Positions 34,048-42,275 of a stretch of DNA of 48,319 nucleotides are shown in pieces (within the stretch, counting starts at the first letter, position 1; every line of letters starts with the position of its first letter). A model generated the notes under the pieces. That model ran no database searches. It was not told the origin of the DNA and was given only the letters and a program-made list of their open reading frames with translations. Source of the stretch: a virus. Taxonomy: Duplodnaviria; Caudoviricetes. The DNA lies in IMG/VR virus record IMGVR_UViG_3300020044_010170, positions 1 to 48,319 of that record. The stretch is one strand, 5' to 3'. The position numbers were made by a program, and so were the translations under genes.

Positions 34048-35493
34048 CTACGCTGCAATTTCGTCCCATGTAGGACTTTGTGAGGGCGTAACTTCCGCCC
34101 ACGTCGGCGCTTGACTGGGGTCAATTCCACTATAAACGGGATTCTGGACGGGAACAATGTTCCCATAAATTAGAACCCGGCCCGAAAAACCCGTTGCACT
34201 AACGCCCGTTACGCTCACGTTGGCGACGGTACTTAACGATACGACCCCGACGATTCCCGTCCCGGAAACGCCCGTAATAGACACAACTTTTGGCAACGAG
34301 ACAACGACAGAACCAACGGCCCCCGTAGCAGCAACACCGGTAACCGGAACCAGTGCTTTTTCTGCAACAATCGCGGTTCCTACCTGCCCCGCGGCCGCAA
34401 GCCCTGTCGGGAAAACACGCGCTTTTCCTACAACGGCAACAGTCCCTACCGATCCCGTTGCCGATACTCCCGTGACGGCGGTAGAAACAGCGACCTTTAC
34501 AGTGACCGCGCCAACAGACGCCGTACTTGAAACACCCGTAACCGGAACGACCGCGTTAGAAATAACGGTAACGTTTCCGGGGATGCCCGTACCTACCGCA
34601 TCGGTAACGAGTACGTTTGCCGAGGTTCTTACAGTGACAGCGCCTACAAAACCAGTCGCGGATACGCCAGTAACCGGGACAGACGTTGTCGGGCGCGCGA
34701 CAACCGATCCCACTTGCCCGGTGCCGAACAACCCCGTAACCGAAACAACCGCTTTTCCAATTACGTCAACCGAGCCAACCGCGCTCGTTCCGACGACCCC
34801 CGTAACCGGGAGGTTGGCACGTCCGACTACCGTTAGCGATCCGACCGCCCCTGTAGCGGATACTCCCGTAACGAGAACATTCGTTTCAGCGCTAGTCTGT
34901 ACTGTTACGGATCCGACATTCCCAGAGGCCGCAACTCCGGTAACCGGTACATTAGCAACCGTCTGAAGAGAAACGTCTCCAACCTGCCCCGTGCCAAAAA
35001 CACCGGTGACCGGAACATTGGTGCCCGTCGAAATATTCACGGTCACCGAGCCCACGGCACCCGTGGCCGCGACCCCCGTCACCGAGACATTCGCAACCGT
35101 CTGTACCGTTACATCCCCAACCTGTCCGGTAGCATAGACGCCCGTAACTGGGACATTGGTTTGAGACGCCGTATCTACGGTAACCGAGCCGACTTGTCCC
35201 GTAGCAGAAACACCCGTGACCGGCACGTTACATACCGGTTGGACTGTAACCGAGCCAACTTGACCCGTAGCAGAAACACCCGTGACCGGTACGTTACATA
35301 CCGGTTGGACTGTAACCGAGCCGACTTGACCCGTAGCAGAAACACCCGTGACCGGTACGTTCGTCTGAGAAGCTGTATTTACGGTGACGGAACCGACTTG
35401 CCCCGTAGCCGAGACACCCGTCACCGAAACAGTTACAGCCCCCGAAGCCTGTAACTGTGCGCCGCCCTGTAGCAGTAAGGACCAAATGATCAC
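34048..35493 (-). CDS. Val/Thr/Gly repeat structural protein (beta-rich fibre/spike)
   Basis: Many VPVTGVSATGQVGSVTV units of 22-24 aa; near-exact 66-bp duplication at 35235/35301. Confidence 0.75.
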   Translation of the reverse strand: MIIWSLLLQGGAQLQASGAVTVSVTGVSATGQVGSVTVNTASQTNVPVTGVSATGQVGSVTVQPVCNVPVTGVSATGQVGSVTVQPVCNVPVTGVSATGQVGSVTVDTASQTNVPVTGVYATGQVGDVTVQTVANVSVTGVAATGAVGSVTVNISTGTNVPVTGVFGTGQVGDVSLQTVANVPVTGVAASGNVGSVTVQTSAETNVLVTGVSATGAVGSLTVVGRANLPVTGVVGTSAVGSVDVIGKAVVSVTGLFGTGQVGSVVARPTTSVPVTGVSATGFVGAVTVRTSANVLVTDAVGTGIPGNVTVISNAVVPVTGVSSTASVGAVTVKVAVSTAVTGVSATGSVGTVAVVGKARVFPTGLAAAGQVGTAIVAEKALVPVTGVAATGAVGSVVVSLPKVVSITGVSGTGIVGVVSLSTVANVSVTGVSATGFSGRVLIYGNIVPVQNPVYSGIDPSQAPTWAEVTPSQSPTWDEIAA

Positions 35494-35496
35494 TGG

Positions 35497-35847
35497 TTAT
35501 GCAACCTGTCGGATCGACCAGTCAATCGTGCGATCAGTGCCTTGGTTTTTTCTGAGCGTGACCGTCCAGCCATGCATGAGCAAAAGTCCCGGAACGACAT
35601 AAATCGGCTCAGTCGTTTGCGCCCCAGAAAAAATGACTTCTTGAATGACCCTCTGAGTACTAGTTGATCGGCATTTTTCGTAAACGCGAAATCGATATTC
35701 CTCGGTGGCGGTCAAGGCATTAAGGTCAAGAAAAACTTGATAGATTCCGTCTGTGGTCTGAGATGAAATCGTAGTAGATGCGCTAGGCAAGTCGTACTCA
35801 GTAGTTCCAATACTAGCCGACCCATTAAATGCTTCTGAGATCGCCAT
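35497..35847 (-). CDS. Hypothetical beta-rich structural protein
   Basis: TAATG coupling at 35847; lies within the fibre cassette. Confidence 0.6.
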   Translation of the reverse strand: MAISEAFNGSASIGTTEYDLPSASTTISSQTTDGIYQVFLDLNALTATEEYRFRVYEKCRSTSTQRVIQEVIFSGAQTTEPIYVVPGLLLMHGWTVTLRKNQGTDRTIDWSIRQVA

Positions 35848-36770
35848 TAATCCGATTCCCAATAGGTAATGTATAGATAGCCCACGCTTCCATTGCCGCC
35901 GTTAGCCCCACCGCCACCGCCCCCGCCGCCACCGCCAAAGCCCGTAGCGTTACCCCCGTTTGCGCCTCCGTTGCCCCCCGATCCGCCATATCCAAAGCCC
36001 GAGAAACCGCCTACTCCACCACCTCCTCGGCTAACGGTTCCCGCGGAACTATTGCCGGTTCCTGAAGCGGAAGCGCTTACGGAAGAATTTGCGGAAATAA
36101 GTGGCTGGTTTACGACGGCGGTAGAGGAACCTCCGTTAGCCCCTGCGGTAGAAGCGGTTGTAGATGCGCCCCCGCCTCCCGTACCAACAACGCCGGGAAA
36201 ACTATCCATATAGTTAAATGCCCTAGCGCCACCCGCCCCTGCAGTTGGGGTCGCAGCCGATGTTCCGCCCGCTCGTCCTGTACCGGTGATTCCTCCCGGA
36301 GCATTTCCTGCCCCATCTCCTCCGTTTTGACCAGCTCCGTCTGTCCTTGTCGTGGTGTTAGCCCCACCACCGAACAGTTTAAAGGTAGTTCCTTCACCCC
36401 ACGGGGAAAAATACAGACCGGAAACAGTCGTGTCTCCTCCGTTTGTAGCACCAGTCGTAGGAGTTCCTCCTGTCCCTGCGGCACCAAGAGTAACGGTAAT
36501 GGAAGAGTTAGGGGTTACATAGACAGGGACATCAATCATCGTTAACCCGGGACTTCCACCTCCGCCGCCTCCGGTACTTGTGGCGTTATTTGTTCCACCA
36601 GTACCCCCGCCGCCGCCAGCGCATCCAGAGATCATCAATAGACGAACGCCTTCTGGAACAGTCCACGACCAAGGACCCGCACCCGAATTAATTACAACGC
36701 CATCCTGCGTAACGCCTGTTCCGTCTTTAAATTCAACGACATGCTGTTGCTGATTAGGGCCGCCAAGCAT
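35847..36770 (-). CDS. Glycine-rich domain protein (paralog 2)
   Basis: TAATG-coupled start; WSWTVPEGV..L.ISGCAGGGGG; ends YLYITYWESD. Confidence 0.75.
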   Translation of the reverse strand: MLGGPNQQQHVVEFKDGTGVTQDGVVINSGAGPWSWTVPEGVRLLMISGCAGGGGGTGGTNNATSTGGGGGGSPGLTMIDVPVYVTPNSSITVTLGAAGTGGTPTTGATNGGDTTVSGLYFSPWGEGTTFKLFGGGANTTTRTDGAGQNGGDGAGNAPGGITGTGRAGGTSAATPTAGAGGARAFNYMDSFPGVVGTGGGGASTTASTAGANGGSSTAVVNQPLISANSSVSASASGTGNSSAGTVSRGGGGVGGFSGFGYGGSGGNGGANGGNATGFGGGGGGGGGGANGGNGSVGYLYITYWESD

Positions 36771-37660
36771 TAGTCGGCACTCCAATAAAAAATCCCAATG
36801 TAGCCATCAGAGCCACTGCCACCCGTGGCGCCATTACCGCCAGCTCCGCCGCCGCCCGCGCCATAACCTGTTGCGCTACTGCCGTTAGCACCGCCTGCAC
36901 CGCCATTGCCGCCATAGCCGATTATTGAAGAGCCTCCTGCACCACCGCCGCTACGAGATACTGTCCCACCAGAACTATCCCCGGTCCCGCCCGTGACTAA
37001 ATTTGCGAGCATCGAGTAATTCCAACTGGCTGCAGGCGGAGCACCGCCATTAGCCCCTGCGGTAGAACCGGTTGTACTTGCGGACCCAGCACCGCCACCG
37101 CCACAACCAAATCCCCAAGCCTGCGACCTATTAGATATATAGTTAAACGTGGGAGACCCACCTACCGAAGGAGTAGCGGCGTTCGCGACAACACCGCCGC
37201 CGCCTGAAAGTGTATAGCCCGAAACACCGCCACCGCCGCCGGCAGCGGTTCCAGAAGTTCCGCCCGCGCCGCCCTTTAAATCCAGCGTGGTGGGATTATC
37301 AAAAGGAGATGAAACAAGGTTGGTGATAGTGCTTGCACCGCCCGCCGTGGCAGCCGCCCCTTTAGCGCCTACCGTGACTGTTAGGCTTCTACCCGGAGCA
37401 ACCGCGCACTTCAGAAAAATAACGCCGAACCCAGATCCGCCACCGCCACCGCCACGAGCACTAGGAGACGCTGCAGTTGAACTTCCGCCACCACCACCCG
37501 CGCCTACTCCAGTGACAAAAATCTGCGAAACATCCTTCGGCACAACCCACGTCCACGGCCCACTAGTGGACGCTGCATCCACTACACCGTCCAATTTGAC
37601 GCCTGTGCCTACGATGAACTCGACGTAGTGCTGCCTGACTACAGGACCACCAAGTGCCAT
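36770..37660 (-). CDS. Glycine-rich domain protein (paralog 1)
   Basis: WTWVVPKDV..IFVTGVGAGGGGG; ends YIGIFYWSAD. Confidence 0.75.
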   Translation of the reverse strand: MALGGPVVRQHYVEFIVGTGVKLDGVVDAASTSGPWTWVVPKDVSQIFVTGVGAGGGGGSSTAASPSARGGGGGGSGFGVIFLKCAVAPGRSLTVTVGAKGAAATAGGASTITNLVSSPFDNPTTLDLKGGAGGTSGTAAGGGGGVSGYTLSGGGGVVANAATPSVGGSPTFNYISNRSQAWGFGCGGGGAGSASTTGSTAGANGGAPPAASWNYSMLANLVTGGTGDSSGGTVSRSGGGAGGSSIIGYGGNGGAGGANGSSATGYGAGGGGAGGNGATGGSGSDGYIGIFYWSAD

Positions 37661-37661
37661 A

Positions 37662-38069
37662 TCAGTAACTCAAAATTTGATCAGCGTCAGCTTGGGTGAT
37701 GAGCCCCTGCTGAACCATGTAATTCACGAGGCGCACAGTATCCGGGTCGTCCAGACGCACTTCTTCCGCCAGCGCCAGCAGTTCGTTCCCATCGATAATC
37801 ACGGGGTCTTGACTGGCTCGAATGGATATCCGCTGTTCGGGGGTGAACCGGCGCAGGAACTCAAGCCGCGTAATGGGTTGAGGAGGAAGAACAACGGGCG
37901 GCGGATGACTGAAGTTGGTGCCGTCGTAAAGATCGCCGGGACCGTACTGACGCAAATCATCGGTGCGCTCAATGCAAATATGATCGGGGTAGAACTGCTG
38001 AGCACGCGCAACGCTATCTGCGGCGATACAGTTATCGACCACCCCATCTTTAATTAGCAACACATCCAT
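37662..38069 (-). CDS. Tail fibre assembly/chaperone-like protein
   Basis: LIKDGVVDN.I...GD.YDG..F..P plus ITRLEFLRRFT.EQR...V.LDDP.T motifs, seen beside glycine-rich fibre genes. Confidence 0.55.
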   Translation of the reverse strand: MDVLLIKDGVVDNCIAADSVARAQQFYPDHICIERTDDLRQYGPGDLYDGTNFSHPPPVVLPPQPITRLEFLRRFTPEQRISIRASQDPVIIDGNELLALAEEVRLDDPDTVRLVNYMVQQGLITQADADQILSY

Positions 38070-38095
38070 TACTTACACTCATTAAAAAGAAGTGG

Positions 38096-38154
38096 TGGTA
38101 GATAATTTCTCCGCTTGCTTATCCTCCAAGCAAGCGGACTGGCTCTTCGCTACC
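38096..38154. other. Intergenic stem-loop
   Basis: Perfect 11-bp stem tccgcttgctt/aagcaagcgga (38110-38138) with an outer ggtag/ctacc pair. Confidence 0.5.
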
Positions 38155-38169
38155 CCGCTTCATTGCCGT

Positions 38170-38622
38170 TTACGCAATGCGGATGATTGCGTTGCTGGAG
38201 TCGGCAGTCGGGAAAACAATCGTAAAATCTCCCGCTGTTGACGACTTATCACTGCCGAAATCAAGCACCACTACGGTCGGGTTAGTGACCGAGATGGAAG
38301 TTGTGTTTGGCGTCGTGTTGTAGATCAACGCGCCACGAGCCGTGATCGTTGCGGTAGTGAAAGTCTCATCCGCAAAATCAGTAAAGGCGGTCGTACCGGT
38401 TGAGGTAGGATCCACGTTCGCCAGCGTTCCGCCGCCTGCGGTGTAACCCGTTCCAGTTACTTCGTTGGTGGAGGTGTACGCGGTTGTAGACGCATCAAAG
38501 GTTGCCGAGTTGGTGTACAGGGCAATTTTGAAGGTATCTCCCGTTACCGCATCAAAATCGTGTACTCCGAACAGAAGCTCTTTCTTGAACGACGTACACA
38601 TGAAATTTCCAGTAAAAGCCAT
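38170..38622 (-). CDS. Conserved virion structural protein
   Basis: MCTSFK.ELL...HDF.....FKIALYT...TTAY...NEV.GTGY.AGG..L...V.VLDFG.DK.S..GDFTI.FP.AD..NAIIRIA. Confidence 0.75.
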   Translation of the reverse strand: MAFTGNFMCTSFKKELLFGVHDFDAVTGDTFKIALYTNSATFDASTTAYTSTNEVTGTGYTAGGGTLANVDPTSTGTTAFTDFADETFTTATITARGALIYNTTPNTTSISVTNPTVVVLDFGSDKSSTAGDFTIVFPTADSSNAIIRIA

Positions 38623-38623
38623 T

Positions 38624-38923
38624 TCACAATCTCCTAATCAGTTCAGCAAGATCCTTATGACCCGCGTCCGTCAGCGCATTGTAAACCGTTGTTCGGTCAC
38701 TTTTGATAGCCTCCCGCATGTAAAATTCCAAAACTTTAACCAATCGGCTACGAAAAGCACGCGCTTGCGCCTGAATTGCGGGAGGCGCAGTATCGCTGAT
38801 AGAAATAACCTTCTGAGCACACCGTTCCGCCACTTCTTCCGGAGTAAAACCACGATTGGTTGTTGTTTTTACATCAACCTTGAACACGGGGTTTATGCTC
38901 AACTCGGATGCTGGAAAACTCAT
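38624..38923 (-). CDS. Conserved hypothetical protein
   Basis: TT.NRGFTPEEVAERC..K.ISISD.APP.I..QA.AF...AI.SDRTT.YN.L..AGH. Confidence 0.7.
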   Translation of the reverse strand: MSFPASELSINPVFKVDVKTTTNRGFTPEEVAERCAQKVISISDTAPPAIQAQARAFRSRLVKVLEFYMREAIKSDRTTVYNALTDAGHKDLAELIRRL

Positions 38924-39570
38924 TGTTTCGGCCTCAAAACCATGCCTGTGCGATACTCGTCTGTGACTTCTTTCGCTTCCCCGAACAGTTTGAGCCCGGT
39001 GATAGCTTCGACAAACCTTTTCTCATACTGCTGCATGAGATCAGGCTCTCCCTTCATGTAAATATAAGCTTCGAGCAAGCTTCCATACAACATGGAGATT
39101 TCTGCGTTTTCACTTAGCCACGTGGTGGCCCCCTCAGCCCCCGCCGTCAAGCTGGCGGGGCGGTAAAAGTAATGCAATTCGACCGCAAAAGAACTGCTGG
39201 GAGTTGGCCCTAAAATGAAGTTGTTTACGTCAAAAACCGCGTAAAACCGAGGATTTCCAGTCACCGAAGCGTTGGGATTGAACGCTTGTACGAAGTCGGC
39301 GTCCTTGAAATCAAGGAAATTCTGGACATTGGACCCGTCGGTGAACGAAAGAGAGAAGGGAGCCAAAAAATCAGTCGGGCAAGACAGATACTTGTTAGAA
39401 GCAGACATGCTTCCGCTTACGTTCTTGCGAAACAAGCTGAGCTGCACGTTTTTGAGGATGCGTTCTTCCGCCTGCCGGATGAAAATCGGCAAATTGTTGA
39501 CGAAAGACGTTTCGTTGTTCTCGGTATAGTCCTGTATCGCTTGTTTTAGCTGACTATAGGTAAAACTCAT
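38920..39570 (-). CDS. Head-tail adaptor / tail tubular protein A-like
   Basis: TY..LK.AIQDYTEN.ET.FV..LP.FI..AEERI; G.P.FYA.FD...F.LGPTP...VELHY.YRP.S; LYGSL.EAY.YMKG. Confidence 0.65.
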   Translation of the reverse strand: MSFTYSQLKQAIQDYTENNETSFVNNLPIFIRQAEERILKNVQLSLFRKNVSGSMSASNKYLSCPTDFLAPFSLSFTDGSNVQNFLDFKDADFVQAFNPNASVTGNPRFYAVFDVNNFILGPTPSSSFAVELHYFYRPASLTAGAEGATTWLSENAEISMLYGSLLEAYIYMKGEPDLMQQYEKRFVEAITGLKLFGEAKEVTDEYRTGMVLRPKQ

Positions 39571-39574
39571 GGCA

Positions 39575-39868
39575 TCACCCTGCTCTACCCACTTGTCCAA
39601 ACCCTTGTGGTGGCAACAAATTAGGACTTTCTACCAAAGGCACCCCAACAAAAACCAGTAACGGTTCCACCCGGTCAGGGCGAGCGTCTTTTAGGGCTTC
39701 CGGATCATCTACCTTTCTAAACGGTCCTAGCTGGGGATGCTTTGGCTCAAATTCGTCTGGTCCCACCAGCATTCCCGTCCATTCGCGCTTCATGACGCGG
39801 TAGGGATACCGTTGCCCAGAGCGATCCGATATCGCCCAAGACTTTTTTCCAGACGCAAACTTCCCCAT
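39575..39868 (-). CDS. Conserved hypothetical structural protein
   Basis: FASGK..WAISDRSG.RYPY..M..EW.G.LV..DEFEPKHPQL...DP.AL..ARPDR. Confidence 0.65.
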   Translation of the reverse strand: MGKFASGKKSWAISDRSGQRYPYRVMKREWTGMLVGPDEFEPKHPQLGPFRKVDDPEALKDARPDRVEPLLVFVGVPLVESPNLLPPQGFGQVGRAG

Positions 39869-40536
39869 CACCCTATCCGGTAAGAATCAAAGCTGGGGGA
39901 CACTTGGAAAGACGCACGATCTCGATCTTCCGTAGCCGCCCGGTCAAATTCCTCTTCGTAGACGGCTTTCAGCAGCTCCACCCGGTTAGGTGCGCGCTTC
40001 AACGCCAAATAATAGGCCAGTCCCGCCGCCAAACACGGATAAAACCGGAACGGAAGGTCCATTGTGTTGGTGTAAATGTCTGCATCATCCATGCGCGTGA
40101 GCGCATCGTACACAATGACATCGGTAGAGTTCTGCGGAACCGGCCAAAGCTTTAGATTTGGCGTCAATTGCCTATCCAAAAAGAACTGGTTCGGTCTACT
40201 TTGCTGTGTCTTGTTCGGGATGGTGAGATAGTCGTCTCGACTCAGCCTCTCCATCGAATAATCTACGCCATTTCTTCGACAAATCACCGACAAAACGTCG
40301 ATAACGTCCGCGCCCAGCAGGTATTCCCCGTCCGCTTGCGTTACCGTGAAAGATCTTTGCTTGATCGTCCACTGATTAAGGCCCCGATTTGCCCAGTCGG
40401 CAAGCAAAAGATTGAGCGAGCGCTTGGCTGTTTTCAGATCGTATCCGGTTCTGACTTCCAGACCACAGCGCTCGAATGCCTCCTCTACATATTCGGCGAC
40501 ATCTAGCTCAAAATCTTTGTTGCCGGAGGTAGTCAT
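39868..40536 (-). CDS. Head-tail adaptor / head completion protein
   Basis: F.LDV...EEAFERCG..VR.GYDL.TA.RSLNL...WANRGLN.W; LWPVP; P.RFYPC..AGLAYY.A.K. Confidence 0.7.
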   Translation of the reverse strand: MTTSGNKDFELDVAEYVEEAFERCGLEVRTGYDLKTAKRSLNLLLADWANRGLNQWTIKQRSFTVTQADGEYLLGADVIDVLSVICRRNGVDYSMERLSRDDYLTIPNKTQQSRPNQFFLDRQLTPNLKLWPVPQNSTDVIVYDALTRMDDADIYTNTMDLPFRFYPCLAAGLAYYLALKRAPNRVELLKAVYEEEFDRAATEDRDRASFQVSPSFDSYRIG

Positions 40537-40691
40537 GCCTTCTTACCACGAGGTTTTGCGGTTTTTGCAGACTTTTTGAAATCGGCTGCCGTAGGAGCAC
40601 CTTTTGCTCCGGGTTTACGCATTTTTTCTCCGGAGCCTTCCGCAATACGTTTCCGTTTTGCGTTAATGTTTGCGTACAGACCCCGTGCCAT
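40533..40691 (-). CDS. Small basic protein (52 aa, absent from the track): MARGLYANINAKRKRIAEGSGEKMRKPGAKGAPTAADFKKSAKTAKPRGKKA
   Basis: Translated by hand; TAATG/ATGA coupling at both ends; I recall the GLYANI.AKR.R motif as widespread in aquatic phages. Confidence 0.8.
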   Translation of the reverse strand: MARGLYANINAKRKRIAEGSGEKMRKPGAKGAPTAADFKKSAKTAKPRGKKA

Positions 40692-40813
40692 TATGCGTTC
40701 CGCACCTTACAGCCGCTTCCGGCCTTGCCGCCACGGCTCATTTTGTGGACTTCGCCGCCACAACGCATGCAACGAGCTACTTCTTTCTTACCGGTCGCTT
40801 TACCTTTCTTCAT
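40691..40813 (-). CDS. Tiny basic peptide (40 aa, absent from the track) with MRCGG and MSRGG: MKKGKATGKKEVARCMRCGGEVHKMSRGGKAGSGCKVRNA
   Basis: Translated by hand; fills the gap exactly, TAATG-coupled to the next gene. Confidence 0.65.
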   Translation of the reverse strand: MKKGKATGKKEVARCMRCGGEVHKMSRGGKAGSGCKVRNA

Positions 40814-40815
40814 AG

Positions 40816-40998
40816 TTATCCCCAAATTCGGTGAACAAGTGGTGTGATGAGAATCAGAATTGCGATACCCCAGATCCTAATATCCATTCCGGCCAAAGTT
40901 TTGTGTTGCTCAGCTAGCTTCTCTTCTATCCGAGAGTAGCGGAGGTTACATTCAGCTTCATGTTTTTCCAGTCGGGACAAAACATCTTCCACACGCAT
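40816..40998 (-). CDS. Small coiled-coil plus C-terminal TM protein (XhlA/holin-like)
   Basis: ATG 40998 with GGTGAGG RBS; LEKHEAEC..RY..IE.KL then WGIAILILITPLV. Confidence 0.65.
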   Translation of the reverse strand: MRVEDVLSRLEKHEAECNLRYSRIEEKLAEQHKTLAGMDIRIWGIAILILITPLVHRIWG

Positions 40999-41005
40999 GC
41001 TAACC

Positions 41006-41290
41006 TCACCACGCCTTGCAGGACCAGTATCTTGCGCTGAACTTGTCAGACGCCGTATCACAGGAATGTCTCGCTCTGAAGTTTTTGCGCCTGTCCGGTT
41101 GGTCTTTTTTGATGGACATGTTGGGGTCTCCAAACCGGACGAGCTTGATTTCGGAGCCTTTTTTGGCCAAGACCGCGCTTTTTTTGGCGCTGTTTGGAGT
41201 CCTTTTTGGCTTGTTGTACCCGGCAAAGGTTTCTCCCCGGTAAACTAATCGACCTGAAGGCGTTCTTTTTACGTCTTTTGTCGTAGCCAT
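41006..41290 (-). CDS. Conserved small basic phage protein
   Basis: NKPKRTP...KK.AVLAK.G..IKLVRFGDPNM.IKK..P.RRKNFRARH.CD...KFSARYWSC..W. Confidence 0.75.
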   Translation of the reverse strand: MATTKDVKRTPSGRLVYRGETFAGYNKPKRTPNSAKKSAVLAKKGSEIKLVRFGDPNMSIKKDQPDRRKNFRARHSCDTASDKFSARYWSCKAW

Positions 41291-41296
41291 TACCGC

Positions 41297-41572
41297 TTAC
41301 TTATAAAAGCTCGTGAGACTCGTGACATTGTTCAACACGGCATAAATGCTCGTACCAAACCTGACGCCCTCGTCCGGTATGTTGAGCTGCCCCGTGTTGT
41401 TTGAATGAATATCGACCGTAAAAAGCGTGGGGCCTGCCGCGCCACCATCCTTAAATGCTACGGAACCGGTGCTTCCCGCCCCGTGATAATGGATGGTGCA
41501 AAGACGTGCTGGTCCAGAAGTAACGGCACCACTGGCCGTCAAATACGTCGCTTTGACATCTGATCCAGACAT
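41297..41572 (-). CDS. Small beta-rich virion protein (paralog B, 91 aa)
   Basis: SDVKA..LT..GA...G..RL...NIPDEGV.F...I. Confidence 0.75.
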   Translation of the reverse strand: MSGSDVKATYLTASGAVTSGPARLCTIHYHGAGSTGSVAFKDGGAAGPTLFTVDIHSNNTGQLNIPDEGVRFGTSIYAVLNNVTSLTSFYK

Positions 41573-41580
41573 GACGGTTC

Positions 41581-41856
41581 CTATGTATAAAAGATAGTCA
41601 TGGCCGTAATGTTTGTTGAAGTTGAGACAAAGATGTCTCTACCAAACAACACGCCTTCGTCTGGGATGTTCACCGAGTGGGAATCGGATTGCAAAAAATC
41701 CATGTCCACCGTAACCGCGCCCCCGTCCCCATCGGTTAAGGTGAGACGACCCGTACCGGCTCCCGTAAGAACCTGCAACTGGCGCAGTCGGGTGCGACCA
41801 ACGTTGGCCGCTCCCGTCGTGGTAAGACGTTTTGCTTTTACGTCCGAGTTAGCCAT
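41581..41856 (-). CDS. Small beta-rich virion protein (paralog A, 91 aa)
   Basis: Same motifs and length as the neighbour; AAGGAGAGG RBS. Confidence 0.75.
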   Translation of the reverse strand: MANSDVKAKRLTTTGAANVGRTRLRQLQVLTGAGTGRLTLTDGDGGAVTVDMDFLQSDSHSVNIPDEGVLFGRDIFVSTSTNITAMTIFYT

Positions 41857-41868
41857 TCAAACCTCTCC

Positions 41869-42093
41869 TTATACAGTGGAGATGTTCGTATTGGTGTCTA
41901 CTCGCTTCCAGTTGGTGCCGTCAGAAAACGCCAAAATAGGGCTTCCCGCAGCGCCATTTGAAACGTAAATGACCGAGCCTGCGCCTTCGGTCGCCGCCGA
42001 AGGAACACCTGCTACTGCATACGTGGGAACTTTGATCTCACCGACGAAACCGTTAGTAGAAATAACGGGGCCGGAAAAAGTGGTATTAGCCAT
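41869..42093 (-). CDS. Small virion (head fibre/decoration-like) protein
   Basis: N-terminal MA.TTFSGPV.S.NGF motif; G..IYVSNG.....LAFSDGTNWKR fibre-like module; GAGGTG RBS. Confidence 0.65.
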   Translation of the reverse strand: MANTTFSGPVISTNGFVGEIKVPTYAVAGVPSAATEGAGSVIYVSNGAAGSPILAFSDGTNWKRVDTNTNISTV

Positions 42094-42187
42094 TGGTCAC
42101 CTCTTGCACAAGGTATTTGCTCTGCAGTCTGTGCAAAGTCAGGCGGGCTGGCGACCTGTCTGCAAAGCTAAATATGTAGCCCAGCCC
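42094..42187 (-). ncRNA. Structured cis RNA downstream of the gpT-like capsid gene (Mu-gpT-DE-like motif)
   Basis: Three helices: gggctgg/ccagccc, gctttgcag/ctgcagagc (crossing, pseudoknot), ttgcaca/tgtgcaa next to the RBS; context fits the described Mu-gpT-DE motif. Confidence 0.6.
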
Positions 42188-42207
42188 AAATAATAGCACG
42201 CACCCTG

Positions 42208-42241
42208 AAAAAAGAAAGGGGCCTCATAAGAGGCCCCTTTT
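42208..42241 (-). terminator. Intrinsic terminator after the major capsid gene (possibly bidirectional)
   Basis: aaaggggcctc-ataa-gaggccccttt with A/T tracts on both sides. Confidence 0.85.
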
Positions 42242-42275
42242 GGAGATCCTAAAGAAGCTCTTTAGGAACTACCGA

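Noticed and set aside
35847-37660. Paralogous glycine-rich genes as a DGR template/variable pair
   Set aside because: No reverse transcriptase in the window; divergence is general rather than adenine-specific
40999-41226. N-terminal extension of ORF 40816..41226
   Set aside because: Overlaps the conserved gene 41006..41290; the real start is ATG 40998 with an RBS
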